Shown piece by piece: positions 21,177-30,764 of a stretch of DNA of 64,000 nt (the stretch's first letter is position 1; each line of letters opens with the position of its first letter). Where the stretch lies: NCBI GenBank assembly GCA_019058365.1, contig JAHPZE010000002.1:266991-330990 (forward strand). Reading direction: 5' to 3'. The notes beneath the pieces were generated by a model, which saw only the letters and a list, made by a program, of their open reading frames with translations, ran no database searches and was not told where the DNA came from. Source of the stretch: Promethearchaeota archaeon (GTDB lineage: Archaea; Asgardarchaeota; Lokiarchaeia; Sigyniarchaeales; SOKP01). The position numbers and the translations under genes were made by a program.

Positions 21177-21596
21177 TTAATGAAAAAGTACTTTTAGACC
21201 TAATTCTTTGTATAATAAATTTAGATTTAATTCAAATTGCCCTCTAACAATATCATAATGAGTGAATTTACCTTTTTTAAAACTTCTTATAAGCCCAACA
21301 CTTTCAAGAATTCGAAGATGATGTGATATAGATGGTTGTGATTTATCTAAGATTGCTTCTAGTTCGCAAACGCAATGATCATTTTCCTTTAATACAGTAA
21401 TTATCTTTAAACGCTCCTTATTTCCTAATGCATAACAAAATTGTGTTAATTTCTTAAAATTATCTTCGTTTTCTAAATTAATTCCGAAATCTTGCAAATC
21501 GTGGAAGTATGTCTTAACATCTATTTCACTCATATCAACGCAGCCTTCCAGGGAATCCATTATTTCAATAGCACGTCTTCTATTAATAATATTCAC
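21177..21596 (-). CDS. arsR: ArsR family As(III)-responsive repressor
   Basis: CVCEL...SQPSISHHLRIL; divergent from acr3. Confidence 0.85.
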   Translation of the reverse strand: MNIINRRRAIEIMDSLEGCVDMSEIDVKTYFHDLQDFGINLENEDNFKKLTQFCYALGNKERLKIITVLKENDHCVCELEAILDKSQPSISHHLRILESVGLIRSFKKGKFTHYDIVRGQFELNLNLLYKELGLKVLFH

Positions 21597-21705
21597 CCAT
21601 ATGATTAAAACTATTTAAAGATTTATTATTTTAGTACTTATTAATTATAATGTATTTATTTTGATATAAATATTTTGTTTAATAATTTAAATCCAAATAT
21701 TTTTA

Positions 21706-21732
21706 TTTGATGCATTTCATAAATATCTCAAA
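21706..21732. promoter_or_regulatory. Imperfect inverted repeat, candidate ArsR operator
   Basis: TTTGA-tgc-ATTT-cat-AAAT-atc-TCAAA between arsR and acr3. Confidence 0.35.
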
Positions 21733-21792
21733 CTGTACAAATACAATTTTAGTTTTTATAACAATAAAATGCATAAGCCTTTGGGAAGATAA

Positions 21793-22848
21793 ATGAGTAT
21801 TTCAGAAACAGAAGAAATTTCAATAACAAATAAAGATGAATCAAAAAAACTCGGTTTATTCGAAAAATTACTTCCTCTATGGGTAGCACTATGCATTTTC
21901 ATAGGAATTCTCTTTTCCATATATATCCCAGGTATAAGTCAAACTATGAATACATTTACCATTGGTCAAATTTCATTACCGATTGGTATTTGTTTATTCC
22001 TAATGATGTATCCTGCAATGTTAAATTTACAAGTCTCAGAGTTAAAAAAATTAAGTAAAAATCCTAAACCTATAATTTTAACAATTCTATCTAATTGGGT
22101 GATCGCCCCTTTTGTAGGTTTGCTTATGGCACGTATCTTTCTACATGGATATGAGCAATTAATTGTCGCTGTTATTTTATTAAGCTCAAGTCCATGTACT
22201 GCTATGGTATTAGTCTGGGGATGGATGGCAAAAGGAAATCAAGAACAGAATGTGGTAAATACGAGCCTTAATACAATAACTATAATATTTGGATATGCTC
22301 CTATGGTTACATTATTAACAGGTATTCAGAATATTCCCATTGATTGGAAACCCCTAGTTTTATCAACGTTTGTCTTTATTGGACTTCCATTATTGCTTGG
22401 AATAATTAGTAAAAGGTTATTAATATCTACCAAAGGTAAAGAGTGGTTTAACAATACATATCGACCTATAGTTGGAAATGTATCGATTGTTGCTCTACTC
22501 ACAACATTAGTGGTTCTTTTCTCTATGAATGGAGAAGTCTTAAGTGATAATCCGGATCTTTTATTATTAGTATCAATTCCCCTATTGCTTGGATTTGTAA
22601 TTGTTGTTGGATACAACATTTTAGTTACGAAAGTATTTAAACTAAAATACAAGGAAGCTATAATCACAGTTATCATCGGGTCTTCCAGTCATTTCGAAAT
22701 TGCGATAGCAACTGCTATTGCAATATATGGGATAGGATCTATTGCTGCTTTAGGTACTACAATGGGGTTATTCTGGGAGGTTCCAGTTATGCTTTCAATT
22801 GTCTATTTAGGTAGGTGGCTAAGAAAAAGAAGTTTTTGGAAGTCCTAG
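21793..22848 (+). CDS. acr3: Acr3 arsenite efflux transporter
   Basis: MMYPAM, NWVIAP, PCTAMVLVW, SSHFEIAIA, EVPVML. Confidence 0.92.
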   Translation: MSISETEEISITNKDESKKLGLFEKLLPLWVALCIFIGILFSIYIPGISQTMNTFTIGQISLPIGICLFLMMYPAMLNLQVSELKKLSKNPKPIILTILSNWVIAPFVGLLMARIFLHGYEQLIVAVILLSSSPCTAMVLVWGWMAKGNQEQNVVNTSLNTITIIFGYAPMVTLLTGIQNIPIDWKPLVLSTFVFIGLPLLLGIISKRLLISTKGKEWFNNTYRPIVGNVSIVALLTTLVVLFSMNGEVLSDNPDLLLLVSIPLLLGFVIVVGYNILVTKVFKLKYKEAIITVIIGSSSHFEIAIATAIAIYGIGSIAALGTTMGLFWEVPVMLSIVYLGRWLRKRSFWKS

Positions 22849-22936
22849 TATTTTTGATTTTGAAATAAAATATCAATTAAAGAATAAAAATCTTGAAAAA
22901 TTAAAATGAATAAAATAAATTTCGGGTGTAATAAAA

Positions 22937-23215
22937 ATTAGTGAAGAAAATTCAGAAAAATTAAAAGTTGATATTTATGTCCCATTAGATGCTTGTTCGT
23001 GTGAATGGGATAAATTTATGAATCGAGTATTTGTTGAACTAACACCTTATATAAAATATATTGATTATGATACTAAGAATCTAAATTCAGAGGAAGCTAG
23101 GGAACTCAATCTTTACAATAAATGTGTAGTTGTAGATGGACAGAAAAAATTTTCGTCCTCTTTTACACTTAAAAAGGAATTACCGAACCTTCTTAAGGCT
23201 AAAGGATTTATTTAG
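22937..23215 (+). CDS. Small thioredoxin-fold/ArsD-like CxC protein, probable ATT (or ATA 22931) start
   Basis: Frame is open upstream of ATG 23018: SEENSEKLKVDIYVPLDACSCEWDKFMNR...CVVVDG. In-frame TAA at 22916-22918; GGGTG SD-like site at 22924-22928. Confidence 0.65.
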   Translation: MSEENSEKLKVDIYVPLDACSCEWDKFMNRVFVELTPYIKYIDYDTKNLNSEEARELNLYNKCVVVDGQKKFSSSFTLKKELPNLLKAKGFI

Positions 23216-23248
23216 ACTTTAGAATCTTTTTATTAAAATTTAATAAAG

Positions 23249-23725
23249 GTGAGTATAAAAATTAAAAAAATTAAGTTAACGGTTTTTGCTCCAGATCCCG
23301 AAAAGAAATTATCTAATGGTCTTGATTTCAATTTAAAAGTTGCTGATGATGGCTCGATTATCGATGTCTTAAGCAATCTAGATAAATATTTTTACGATAA
23401 TCCTGAAAACTCCATTTTCCCTATCTATAAAGGACTAATACACAGTTATCTTCAGCTCATATGGGATCCTGAAACGAATTTAATTTATGATGATTGTGCT
23501 GTAAACGCTTACGGACCAAATAAAGAATTCATGCCATTACATGAAGATATAAATTTTACTTTATATCCTGATAGTGAAATAACAATAGTAGTCCATGCTG
23601 ATTGATGAGCTGATGTTATGAAAGAACGATTGGATTATGGCACATTCAAACGGATTTTATTGAAAACTTATGGAAAAAACCACGAAACTTTTGCTCATTA
23701 TTTTAAAGATAAAAGAAATAACTAA
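23249..23725 (+). CDS. Beta-grasp/ubiquitin-like protein A, probable tandem-Sec selenoprotein (TGA TGA at 23603-23608)
   Basis: The ORF track stops at 23605, but the in-frame continuation ADVMKERLDYGTFKRILLKTYGKNHETFAHYFKDKRNN is homologous to paralogue B; SECIS-like element follows. Confidence 0.65.
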
Positions 23726-23728
23726 TAG

Positions 23729-23786
23729 GTTGAATGATGCCTTTCAAAAAATAATTGTGAAAGGTTGACAATAGGATTGCTTCCTA
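23729..23786 (+). ncRNA. SECIS-like K-turn element plus short hairpin
   Basis: ATGA(23734)-t-GCCTTTCA-aaaaataattg-TGAAAGGT-TGA(23766), then TAGGA-ttgct-TCCTA. Confidence 0.7.
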
Positions 23787-23842
23787 TAAATATAAATTTT
23801 AATCGAATTGTATAAATAAGCTGTCTTATTTTTAAAACATAT

Positions 23843-24841
23843 ATGGACTTTTTCACACATATGTTTATGGGGGTTTTAGCGGGTCTATTTTCATTAACCA
23901 AGTTAAGTCCAGAAGCTATTATCCTTATGTGGATTATGACCTTTTTACCAGATTTCGATGTCTTCTTAGGGCCACTCCAAAAAATAAGAAAAGCGTATTT
24001 TCTTTCGCATAAAGCTGGTTCTCATTCTTATATTATAGGATTTATTTTTACTGGAATTGTTAGTTTTTTTATATCTATATTTAGAAATGTTTTATTCATT
24101 GAGGTCTGGTTTGCTGGATTCATAGGATATAGTATCCATGTCTCATTAGATTTTTTTGCTGCTTCAAAAATACCAATTTTTTATCCAATCTCGAAAAGAG
24201 AATATAGATTAATTGCTGATAGAGCTGTTAATCCAATATTGATGATTTTTTCTTGTATAAATCTTCTGGTTTTAATAGCATTTTATTTTACATTACCTTA
24301 TTATCAAATACTTATGAACCTTGCTTTCTTTTATCTGTTTGTTTATCTAATATATTTTGTGATTAGAGCTTTTTTAAGAACTATAATACAGCTGAAAATT
24401 CCTAGAAATCAGAAATATATTCCTGGTCTTCTTCCATTTTACTATTTCATTTATGAAAAAATTTTGGATAATGAATCTACCACTTTTAATTTAAAAAAAA
24501 AATTTGTATTTTCATCTAAAAAACAAGATTTAATAAATCAAACAATTTCAAATGTTTCAGATGAATTCACCTTTTTTGAATTAGCTAAGCAAATTAGTCA
24601 AGAGTACAGATTTTATCATAAATGGAATTATGTTCTTCCTTTTATTCATGAAAATAAGGATTCAGTTAATGTTGTTTTGATCTTAGCTGAAAGTTTTTCA
24701 CAATCTCTCCGGCATAAATCAATTAAACGAGAAATGTCCTCTTATTATATCTCAATTCTTTTTGATAAAAGTTCAAAACAAGTAATTTCAAAAACTGAAG
24801 GATTTGGTTCTTTTAAGAAATGGGAAAACAAAGATTGGTAA
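23843..24841 (+). CDS. Membrane metal-dependent hydrolase (YdjM-like)
   Basis: MDFFTH, LPDFD, H..SHS, H..LD. Confidence 0.75.
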   Translation: MDFFTHMFMGVLAGLFSLTKLSPEAIILMWIMTFLPDFDVFLGPLQKIRKAYFLSHKAGSHSYIIGFIFTGIVSFFISIFRNVLFIEVWFAGFIGYSIHVSLDFFAASKIPIFYPISKREYRLIADRAVNPILMIFSCINLLVLIAFYFTLPYYQILMNLAFFYLFVYLIYFVIRAFLRTIIQLKIPRNQKYIPGLLPFYYFIYEKILDNESTTFNLKKKFVFSSKKQDLINQTISNVSDEFTFFELAKQISQEYRFYHKWNYVLPFIHENKDSVNVVLILAESFSQSLRHKSIKREMSSYYISILFDKSSKQVISKTEGFGSFKKWENKDW

Positions 24842-24938
24842 AATCAATGTTAATAATAATTTCTATTTAATAATGAAGATAAATGTCATTTTTCTAACAA
24901 TATTTTAATTATTTTGCATAAATATTATTTACTTAGAA

Positions 24939-25004
24939 TTTTCTTCAACATTCACACTAAAGAAAGAATTACCCAAACTTCTTAAAGCTAAAGGACTTAT
25001 TTAA
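24939..25004 (+). pseudogene. 3' remnant of the thioredoxin-like gene (duplicate of ~23150-23215)
   Basis: FSSTFTLKKELPKLLKAKGLI* versus FSSSFTLKKELPNLLKAKGFI*. Confidence 0.8.
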
Positions 25005-25037
25005 AATTTAGATATTTGATTTGAAATCTTAATAGGG

Positions 25038-25514
25038 GTGATTATTAAAATTAAAAAGATTACTTTTAAAATTAGTATACCTTCAATGGATTTACAAAAA
25101 GGCAAAGCATTTATTGTACAAGTAAAAGATGATGCTACTTTTGTTGAAGCTTTAGCAATGGTAGATAAATATATTTTTGAAAATCCGCATGAATCGATAT
25201 TTCCAATATATGAAGGTTATATTCATAATTATTTACAGTTGTTTTGGGACCCAGAACATAATATAATCTATGAAGATGTTGGGATAATGCCTTATGGTCC
25301 TGATGAAGAGGGTAATTTGAGAAGTTTTATGCCAATTCGAGATAATTTAGATTTCAACTTATTTCCTAACAGTGTTATAGATCTACAACCAGATTCTGGA
25401 TGTTGATGAGAAAAAGTGAGAACTCGGTTAGATATAGGTAAATTTAAATCTATTTTAAGAGAAAAATTTGGAAAATATAATAAGGTTTTTGATCATTATT
25501 TTAAATCTAAATAA
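25038..25514 (+). CDS. Beta-grasp/ubiquitin-like protein B, probable Cys-Sec-Sec selenoprotein (TGT TGA TGA at 25401-25409)
   Basis: In-frame continuation EKVRTRLDIGKFKSILREKFGKYNKVFDHYFKSK; SECIS-like element follows. Confidence 0.65.
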
Positions 25515-25520
25515 TATAGA

Positions 25521-25578
25521 ATTGAATGAGATCTTTTAGAAAATATTAGTAGAAGATTGACATTAGGAGAGCTTCCTA
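25521..25578 (+). ncRNA. SECIS-like K-turn element plus short hairpin
   Basis: ATGA(25526)-g-ATCTTTTA-gaaaatattag-TAGAAGAT-TGA(25558), then TAGGA-gagct-TCCTA. Confidence 0.7.
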
Positions 25579-25670
25579 TATATTCTATTAAAAAAATAAC
25601 TAAAAATACAATAAATTTTTACTCTTTCAATCTAATTTTCTTCTATCATAATTTCTTTTAAAGCTTAAAG

Positions 25671-27080
25671 ATGGAAAAAGTCAAATTTAAAGAAATAAGA
25701 AAATCACATAAAGGCATCACTAAGCTTTCTTATGAAGTTACTCAAATTTTAGGAAATGATCCGAATAGATCTCCGTTATATTCTTTATTATATGTAATAA
25801 ATAAGGAAGAAAATACTAAAGAAGAAATTTATAGCTATTTTAAATATTTCTATGTTAATGAATTTGCTAATATTAGGCTAAAACAACCTGAATTAGATGA
25901 TTTATTATTAGATGGAATTACTAAAACTTTAATTCAAAAACAAAACAATACTTATTCTTTAACTGAAAAAGGAAATGAAGTTTTAACTAAATGCAAAACA
26001 GTTAATTTAGTCACAAATAAAGCGTTAGGATTCTTTTTTAGTGAAAAAGTTGTTTTAATTTTCTCTTTAATTTGCTTAATTTTTATGAGTTCACTTAAAA
26101 TAATTGTTGGATTGAATGCAGGCAGTGATGCGTTATTTAACGAGGGTATTGAGAATTTTACAGATATAATAAAGATATTTATAATTACTTTAAGTATTAA
26201 ATTGGGGAAAGATAGGTTAGGGGCAATCGCAATCATTATTTTAATGTTGATAACAGGAATAAATTTGATAATAGCTTCGGTATTTTCAATTTTTCAAACC
26301 GATATTATTTCTCCATCATATTTTACGTTTATATTAATGTTTATCTCGATTTTACTAAACTTAATGTTGTTAGTTCTAAAAAATTTCGTTGGAAAATTAC
26401 AAGCCAATTTTGCATTACTCTCCGATGCTAAAGATAATGTAATTAATATTAGATTATCATTAGGAGTAATAATTGGACTAATTTTTGCATTATTTGGAAT
26501 TTATTGGGTAGATTCTATTGTTGGTATAGTAATTGCTAGTTTAATTATATTTGACGGGTTAGAGACACTACTAGCATTAATCAAATCTGGTGAGGATATT
26601 GATATTGACAGCTTTAAATTAAGCTTAGATAAAGCCTTTGAATTTAAAATTGCACATTGGATATTAGTGGTTATTGAAGAAGAAAGGCTTTCCATTCACC
26701 AATTAAATGAGAAATTTAATGAGTCTATTAACAAGGGATATGAAATTTTTGGTATTTGGGCAATATTTGGACTTTCTAGTATTGAAACATTTAGCATTCA
26801 ATATATTTTAAACCTTATGAAAAAAAGAGGTTTATTTTTTGAACAGGATAATAAAATATATCTTACTGATAAGGGGAAAAAGCAATATAATAATGCTTTA
26901 TCTCAAGAATTAAAGAGAGTTTCAAAAGATAAGAAAAAATATAAAGATTGGAAACCTCCAAGCACGATAGTAAGAGTTTTATGGTGTATTTTTGGAATTC
27001 TCACTCCAATTATCTTAATCATATTAACAATTTTTGTTGGACCAATTATTTATAATTTTATAATTGATTTAATTGGATGA
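25671..27080 (+). CDS. Cation diffusion facilitator-like membrane domain flanked by winged-helix-like domains
   Basis: KIIVG...GSDAL..EG.EN..D, ALLSDA and WVDSIVG; YSLTEKG and IYLTDKG wing motifs. Confidence 0.65.
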   Translation: MEKVKFKEIRKSHKGITKLSYEVTQILGNDPNRSPLYSLLYVINKEENTKEEIYSYFKYFYVNEFANIRLKQPELDDLLLDGITKTLIQKQNNTYSLTEKGNEVLTKCKTVNLVTNKALGFFFSEKVVLIFSLICLIFMSSLKIIVGLNAGSDALFNEGIENFTDIIKIFIITLSIKLGKDRLGAIAIIILMLITGINLIIASVFSIFQTDIISPSYFTFILMFISILLNLMLLVLKNFVGKLQANFALLSDAKDNVINIRLSLGVIIGLIFALFGIYWVDSIVGIVIASLIIFDGLETLLALIKSGEDIDIDSFKLSLDKAFEFKIAHWILVVIEEERLSIHQLNEKFNESINKGYEIFGIWAIFGLSSIETFSIQYILNLMKKRGLFFEQDNKIYLTDKGKKQYNNALSQELKRVSKDKKKYKDWKPPSTIVRVLWCIFGILTPIILIILTIFVGPIIYNFIIDLIG

Positions 27081-27090
27081 AAGAATAGGT

Positions 27091-27246
27091 ATGCTAGATA
27101 ATAATGTGATTTCAAAAGTAAAGAAGTTTGCTCTTGATAACTTTGCCAAAGATGATATTTATGGTTTCATACATGTTGAACGCGTCCTAAATTTATATAT
27201 TCAGTTAGGAACCACTTTTTTTCACTTTAAATTAAGAAATAGTTAA
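27091..27246 (+). pseudogene. 5' fragment of the HD-domain gene (copy of the 32089 gene)
   Basis: MLDNNVISKVKKFALDNFAKDDIYGFIHVERVLNLYIQLG versus MLEYNLISKIREFAIDNSEKDDIHGFLHVERVLNLCLQLG. Confidence 0.8.
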
Positions 27247-27364
27247 TCCTAATTAGGTGTTCAAATATTTAGAAGTTTACAAAATATAATTTTTATAGGT
27301 TATACAGTTAAAAATATAAGGATAAGGAGTATTTATCGTCTAAATTAATCAAGATTATGTCATT

Positions 27365-29821
27365 TTATTCAGTAAACTGTGTCTGTACTTGCTCATATAG
27401 GTTCTTCTTATAAATAATTTTCACTCCAGCCCTAGTTGCAATAAAGATTACTGCAATAGGGATCAGAATCGTGCCGAGATATGTAAGTATTGTAAACTTC
27501 GGAAAGATAGCAAATTCTTCTTGATATGCCATTACCATATAATTCATTATAAGGGGTATTAAAAGAATTGCTATAAGGATCGCTAGTACGGTCCAAATCA
27601 GATTTTCCAGAATGATCTGTCCAAATATTTTCTTTTTCTTGAACCCAAGACTTCTTAACACTCCATATTCGTTTTCGTGCTCTGTTATCTTCATTATTGT
27701 AGAATTAACTAATATAAAAAATTCAACGATTCCTGCAAATGCAACAATAACAACGAGAAATGGGATTATTAGATCGCCGTATACTTTTATTTGATTTATT
27801 AAATCCGTCATAGGTTGGACTACTGAAATGTTATCAGAAACATTATATATGTCATTAATGAGTTGTGATTCATCAGTAGGCATATCGGAATAAGTTAAAA
27901 AGAGAGTATTTATTTTTCCTGGCAAATTTGAAAATGATTGGGCGGAATTTAAAAACACATAGCAGGTTGACATAATCTCTTTAGAAATACCAACTATTTT
28001 GAATTGCTGCTCATTTCCAGAGGGATTATATAATGTAATATTATCTCCAATTTCTAATTCCAATTTTAATGAGATATGATCGGATATTACTATCTCGTAA
28101 TTATTTTGATATAACCGACTGGATTTCCCATCTCTTTCAATAAGGTTGAAATGATGTAGGGTTTGATTCTGTTTCATACCCAATAAAATTCCCGACTGAT
28201 TATCTACATCTTTTTGTGGATTTTCAAATAGCAATGTGAGTTTAAGTGCAGACTCCACTTTCTCAATATTTGGTAAAGCACTAATATCTTGCATTTCAGG
28301 ACTCGCATCATTAACTCCGATTGAAAATGATACGCTCGTATCCCATTTCTCCGTTAACCTTATTGCATTATTTGTTGTATATTGCATGCTGTCCCACATA
28401 ACGAACATTGAGCTCACAATTAGGACGGAAAAGGTTATTCCGATCATCATTAGAGATGTGTTGCGCGGATTCATGGTGAAATTTCTCCAGAATAATTTAT
28501 TTGAGGGTCGCATACCTTTCTTACCTTTTCTTTTTAAACTTTTTTTCGTTTTTCGCCGAGAAAATCCTTCGGAACTCTGTTGTTTATATACCAAATCAAC
28601 CATATTTTTTTTCATCATCTTATAAATCGGAGGAATCATTGATATAAAGCCGATTGCTATACTTAATAGGAAAGCCTCAATAATAGGAATAAATGAAAAT
28701 GGAAATAGAACTGTTATCCCCAAAATCCCCGAGCCCATTTCCATAGCCATTTCCTCTAGAAATGCGTATGCAAACAAGCTACTGACTACAGTTGATATCA
28801 GTGTAATTTCAAGTAATAATATAATATATGACTTGGATATTTTTTTCTTAGAGAACCCCAAACAACCAAGAATGCCAATTTGTTTTTGTTGGGCAAAGAT
28901 AAACTGTCTATAGATCGACATATTCGAGGTTAGGGCCATGATAATTCCAAGAATCAGGATTATATAAAAAACTTCTGTACTTCCTTCTAGGTCACTCATT
29001 AAATAATGCCATGTATAGCTATCTTCAAATTTAGTACTTGAGATCAATTGAATGCCAAGATTTTCAAATTTATCTTCCACTAATCCATTTATATCCTCTT
29101 GATTAACATTCTTATCAAATACAACCTGCAATTGGTTAAATTGATATGATACATATGGAAAAAATAGAAGAGGGTTCGAATTATTGATCGTTTGAATTAA
29201 ATCATCTACATTAACAAACCCAATACCCATTGATCCTTTAATTGGAAACAACACTTCAGGTGCACTATTGGTAAGAGTAAATTCAATGCTCCAGAAGTCT
29301 CCTTTAATTGTAAAGTTTACATTTCCCAGTGATTCAATCGAAATATTTTCTGAATTTTGCAGACTTCGAGCTTTATAAAATTCTTTTGATAATATTATTC
29401 TATGATAATCACCAGGTTGCAGATTATGTCCAGATCTTAATTCATAGTTATATATTGGTAAATTATTTGTGTCTGAAAATGATGAGGTTACGTTAATTCC
29501 AATCAGCCGTATCTGAAATGTCTGGGGGTCATCTTTTATTTTAATAGGAAACTGAAACACAAGACGGGGAACAACATCTTTCACACCTGGTATTGAGCTA
29601 ATCTCATTTGCTGCAGTCGAATTAAATCCATAAGTAACATATTCATAATCAGCCCGATTTGCATCTATATAGAGATTTTCGAAAAGTGGTTTAACAGAAG
29701 TAAAGATTTGAAAAATTCCAACAGCAAAACCTATACATAGAGATAATATGATTATTAGAATTATCCTTCGTTTTCCTAATCTTTTTAAATCTCTCCAAGG
29801 TTTTTTAGTTAATAATTTCAT
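27365..29821 (-). CDS. ABC transporter permease, duplicated MacB/FtsX type
   Basis: Two FtsX motifs (IGILGCLGFSKKKI, YGVLRSLGFKKKKI) with large extracytoplasmic domains. Confidence 0.85.
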   Translation of the reverse strand: MKLLTKKPWRDLKRLGKRRIILIIILSLCIGFAVGIFQIFTSVKPLFENLYIDANRADYEYVTYGFNSTAANEISSIPGVKDVVPRLVFQFPIKIKDDPQTFQIRLIGINVTSSFSDTNNLPIYNYELRSGHNLQPGDYHRIILSKEFYKARSLQNSENISIESLGNVNFTIKGDFWSIEFTLTNSAPEVLFPIKGSMGIGFVNVDDLIQTINNSNPLLFFPYVSYQFNQLQVVFDKNVNQEDINGLVEDKFENLGIQLISSTKFEDSYTWHYLMSDLEGSTEVFYIILILGIIMALTSNMSIYRQFIFAQQKQIGILGCLGFSKKKISKSYIILLLEITLISTVVSSLFAYAFLEEMAMEMGSGILGITVLFPFSFIPIIEAFLLSIAIGFISMIPPIYKMMKKNMVDLVYKQQSSEGFSRRKTKKSLKRKGKKGMRPSNKLFWRNFTMNPRNTSLMMIGITFSVLIVSSMFVMWDSMQYTTNNAIRLTEKWDTSVSFSIGVNDASPEMQDISALPNIEKVESALKLTLLFENPQKDVDNQSGILLGMKQNQTLHHFNLIERDGKSSRLYQNNYEIVISDHISLKLELEIGDNITLYNPSGNEQQFKIVGISKEIMSTCYVFLNSAQSFSNLPGKINTLFLTYSDMPTDESQLINDIYNVSDNISVVQPMTDLINQIKVYGDLIIPFLVVIVAFAGIVEFFILVNSTIMKITEHENEYGVLRSLGFKKKKIFGQIILENLIWTVLAILIAILLIPLIMNYMVMAYQEEFAIFPKFTILTYLGTILIPIAVIFIATRAGVKIIYKKNLYEQVQTQFTE

Positions 29822-29834
29822 TAAGAAAGCCTCC

Positions 29835-30560
29835 CTATATTTTCAGTTGTTTTTCCAAATCAGTTACAATTTTTCCATTCCTTATATGAATTTCCCTGGA
29901 TTGTAATTTTTGCGTGAGTAGAGGGTTATGGGTAACAACTATGAAAGTCGCATTATAATCCTTTGCAATTGTTTTTATTAATTCGAGTATTTGATCACCC
30001 GTTTCCTCATCGATATTACCTGTAGGTTCATCCATAAGGATGAGGAGATTACCCATTGCAAATTCTTCCTTCGCCAAAGCTCGGGCGATGGTGACTCTTT
30101 GCTGCTGACCTCCGCTAAGTTCGGAAGGAAGATGATCCAATCGATCGCCTAATCCGACAGCTTCGAGATATTTTAAGGCAATTTTACGAATCTCTTCTTT
30201 CTTTCCAAAGGTCTCAATTGCGATTTCCACATTTTCCAATGCGGTTAAAGAAGATAGTAAATTAAAGAATTGGAAGACAAACCCCACTTTCTTTTTTCTA
30301 TAGTCTGCAAGTTCATCAGGAGATAAAGTACTAATGAGTTCACCAAAAACTTTTATCTCTCCTGATGTTGGAGAATCTATTCCACCTAATAAATTTAACA
30401 AAGTTGTTTTACCTGCTCCAGAAGGTCCAAGTAGCGTTATTAACTCTCCCGATTTGATTTGTAAATTCACATTATCCAATGCAGTAACTTTGTATTCGCC
30501 CATAGTATAGATTTTGCTCACATTATTCAAAATTAAGGATTGTTCTTCCATGTTAATCAT
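29835..30560 (-). CDS. ABC transporter ATP-binding protein (LolD/MacB type)
   Basis: GPSGAGKT, LSGGQQQR, MDEPTG, VTH. Confidence 0.92.
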   Translation of the reverse strand: MINMEEQSLILNNVSKIYTMGEYKVTALDNVNLQIKSGELITLLGPSGAGKTTLLNLLGGIDSPTSGEIKVFGELISTLSPDELADYRKKKVGFVFQFFNLLSSLTALENVEIAIETFGKKEEIRKIALKYLEAVGLGDRLDHLPSELSGGQQQRVTIARALAKEEFAMGNLLILMDEPTGNIDEETGDQILELIKTIAKDYNATFIVVTHNPLLTQKLQSREIHIRNGKIVTDLEKQLKI

Positions 30561-30764
30561 TATTCTTTCATTTTTTTAACGAATTGAAATAATTCAATGT
30601 TATAATTTTTTATTATATTATAATAGTCTTCTAACAATTTAAATCTTTTTTATGATTCCAGCTATAGATTTAACATAATCGTTTTGTACCTTCACATTTT
30701 TCGATTTTTTCCCAATTTACGGACTTTCCGTAACTTTATTATATCTTCTTCAATATTTTATACC

